From Felis catus (taxonomy: Eukaryota), in NCBI RefSeq assembly GCF_018350175.1, contig NC_058368.1, positions 1,178,001-1,242,000 on the forward strand: a stretch of DNA of 64,000 nt. Reading direction: 5' to 3'. Positions 61,247-64,000 of the stretch are shown here, one piece after another. A model generated the notes under the pieces. It was not told the origin of the DNA and searched no databases. It was given only the letters and a program-made list of their open reading frames with translations. Numbering within the stretch: position 1 is the stretch's first letter; each line of letters starts with the position of its first letter. A program made the position numbers and the translations under genes.

Positions 61247-61478
61247 GGGGCACCTGGGTGGCTCAATCGGTTAAGTGGCCGACTTCAGCTCAGGTCACGA
61301 TCTCGTGGTCCGTGAGTTCGAGCCCCGCATCGGGCTCTGGGCTGATGGCTCAGAGCCTGGAGACTGCTTCCGATTCTGTGTCTCCCTCTCTCTCTGCCCC
61401 TCCCCCGTTCATGCTCTGTCTCGCTCTGTCTCAAAAATAAATAAAAAACGTTAAAAAAAATTAAAAAAAAATTAAAAA
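61247..61478 (+). mobile_element. SINEC_Fc
   Basis: 16-bp TSD AAAATAGATAGAATTA at 61230-61245 and 61479-61494. Confidence 0.96.
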
Positions 61479-63143
61479 AAAATAGATAGAATTAGCTACC
61501 TGCTCATTGACTGCTGGACTCTTCTGCAGGGGCACAGCCCGCCGGGTCAGCTGACCCCACAGCACAGAGCGGGCCAGAACGCACCCCTCGGCCTGCAGAC
61601 AGACCAAACTGGAATGGCCACAGGGCATCGGGCTTCACTGGGCCCATTCCATCTTCCTGACTGCCCCATGAGGTAAGTCTCTCCTCTCACGGAGACACAT
61701 GGATGAGACAGGAGAGGAGAGAGAGATAGGGACAGAACACCTTGAGATGCTGTTCCATCAGGAGCACCCCCATGGAGAGTGCTGGGATGGAGTGCCATTT
61801 GGAGCACGTCTCACACTGCGTGATAGCTGTCCTTCTGTCTTGGCTTTTCTTTCAGTGAAAGCTTTGCCAGCAGTACAGGTTGCCTTATTCACCTTTGTGC
61901 TTGGGCATTTAAGGGGAGAATCAACCCGTGTCAGCACTTCGTGGGTGTTGTTTGAGTAAGCGGAATGGGAAGGAGACAGGAACACCTCCTTCCAGAATCC
62001 AGGGGAACTCCTGGAAGTCCTGTTCTCCAATTGCTCGGGTGTGGGCTGGAGTGCCCTCAGGCCAAAGCAGTAGCATGGTTGACATGATTTTTCTGACCTC
62101 CCAGAGGATTCCTCCTGGCCTCCTTGTTGGGTTGGTTGCTGACCAAGTTCTATGTGCCTCAGTGCCTAGTAGCTGGCCTACCTCCGCACGCACTGCCGTG
62201 TCATCCGGACAGGGCATAGGCCTCGCGGACCCAGGCATCAGCATTGCAGCTTCCCCAGTCCCTTCTACGCCTAGTTAAAGGCCCCAACCTATTATTAGAC
62301 CTTCCTCGCTGAGCACTTTTCTGTCCCTTCATTGGTTGTTGAAGAAGAAGCCTCACACCCTTTTTGGAAACTCATCCTAACCCAGTCTTGCCTGTGATTA
62401 GGACTGACTCAGAAGTAAAAATGCTTGCTGAATCACCACCACTTCCTAGAACACCCTAGCATTTTCATTAATTAAGGCCTCCCTGCCACATGTTGAATCA
62501 CTCCAGCCTGGGATCTGAAATTAGGGTGCGCCCCAGGTGCAAGGGGCTCTTTAATGAGCACAACTCCGTCTGTGCTTTACTGGGACTCCGGAGCACAGGG
62601 CTCTTCCCGCCCTTCTCCTTCGGTGGCTGCGTCCTCCAGACAGGAGGACGTGCGAGCATGTGGTACAAGACCAGTGTCCTTCTATTTGCCTTGGCATAGA
62701 CATTTCAGAATTCAAACTCACATACTCTTGGCGTTGTAATGGTGGTTTTTATTTTTTGTCTTTTTGTGTTTTGAAAGTACTTCCCTCTCAAACAAGCTTT
62801 AGTTAAAGCCACTGGTTCTACTCCATTTTGAAACCAGGCAATGTCCTTACGTTGAGTGTCAGTTGCTGAAATACTAGGAAAGCTTCACGTAATTTACCAG
62901 GTACATAAAAGTTTGCTTGGGCATATATTCGAAGTGACTTACACGTGTGAAGGCCACAAAAGACTAAGGGCTTTCCGATCCTGATGGGGCCCCTTGCGGG
63001 CTGTCTTACTTTGGGAGCGTAGTTTGCTCATCTGTAATGAGGGGCCGCCGCTGTGGTAATAGCAGCACAGAGGTGAAACTCAAGCGAGAAGGAACAACTG
63101 TATCTGTGGAGGCCTACTCTGCGTCGGCTACCCGGCCAAGTGC

Positions 63144-63250
63144 TTTTCACATTGATATTTTATTTTAATTAATTAATTTATTTATTTATTTTTCACGTTG
63201 ATATTTTATATTTATTTATTTATTTATTTATTTTTCACGTTGATATTTTA
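63144..63250. repeat. Triplicated 19-mer separated by (TTTA)n tracts
   Basis: TTTTCACRTTGATATTTTA at 63144, 63190 and 63232. Confidence 0.9.
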
Positions 63251-63289
63251 AAAAATGAGTCTGAATGCTTAAAAAGTCAATGCAAGTGT

Positions 63290-63470
63290 TGGTTATTATA
63301 AATTGTGTAACCATGGGAGAAGTCTGCTTATCTCTCTGAACTTAATTTCTTCATCTGTGAATCCAGAATAATGCCACCAAACTCAAAGGGTGTGTCAGGC
63401 TCACATGGAATTATCCAAGTAAAGGTGTTGGGTGAAACTTATAAAGCAGCTTACAAGTGTTAGATATTAT
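63290..63470 (+). mobile_element. MIR
   Basis: CTTATCTCTCTGAACTTAATTTCTTCATCTGTGAAAT core. Confidence 0.6.
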
Positions 63471-64000
63471 TATCGGTGTTGATGATAAACCTTTAAATAC
63501 CTGCTCACAAATGAGTTCGACAGTCTTCTTCAAGGGATATATCTCTCTAATCTGGGTGGCGGTGGGGTCAATGACAGTGTGGCAGAGTATCTATGTATCC
63601 TTCTATCCAACCCAGCCTGTAGCTACACCCTCTGATTAGTCCACACTGGCAATTTTCGAAGGGACTCAGAGCTCAGACCGGCACTGCTGGTGGGCCCCTG
63701 GGGCTGCCATCGCCAAGTCTGGAGGCAGAGCTCTCACGCTCTGAAAATTGGCATGAGCGTTTTTCACGGTGTTTGTGTTTTGTTTTTAGAACCACGCATG
63801 CTTTGAGATCTTTTATCTTAAGACTCCTGATGGCTGTGAAAGAAATGCAAGTAGCCACTCTTGTGCTAGTCGCTCTACAGTGAGTAGTTTGTACCACGTG
63901 AAGTCAGCTCAAGAAATTTTAGGTTCCCGCCTGGAGGGTACCAGGGTCCCTGCTCACTTTCTTATTTCTAATTTCTACTGCTCGGGCTTGGAAGGTAGTC

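Noticed and set aside
43300..64000. A second connexin (GJB2/GJB6) expected from synteny
   Set aside because: No connexin-like ORF in this interval; it presumably lies beyond the window end.

Overview
Mammalian genomic DNA, almost certainly from a felid: it carries more than 25 tRNA-derived carnivore SINEs of the cat SINEC_Fc type and cat-type L1 3' ends. It contains one protein-coding gene, GJA3 (connexin 46, a lens gap-junction protein), on the minus strand. The inferred structure is a CpG-island promoter with non-coding exon 1 near 42.2 kb, a ~15.9 kb intron, and one coding exon (CDS 24843-26198, 451 aa). A long 3' UTR probably ends near 20160. The rest is interspersed repeats (SINEC, L1, L2, MIR, CR1, MaLR/ERVL LTRs, hAT fossils), microsatellites and two extra CpG islands. 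I found no convincing previously undescribed biological system. The noteworthy signals are local: a minisatellite born inside a SINE, three retrotranspositions into one target site, a twin-primed L1, fold-back/templated-insertion scars, TE insertions in the GJA3 3' UTR, a perfect TACTAAC branch point, a divergent TATA/MEF2 box and a possible convergent CTCF pair. Repeat family names come from recognition by eye, not a database search, and repeat boundaries are approximate.
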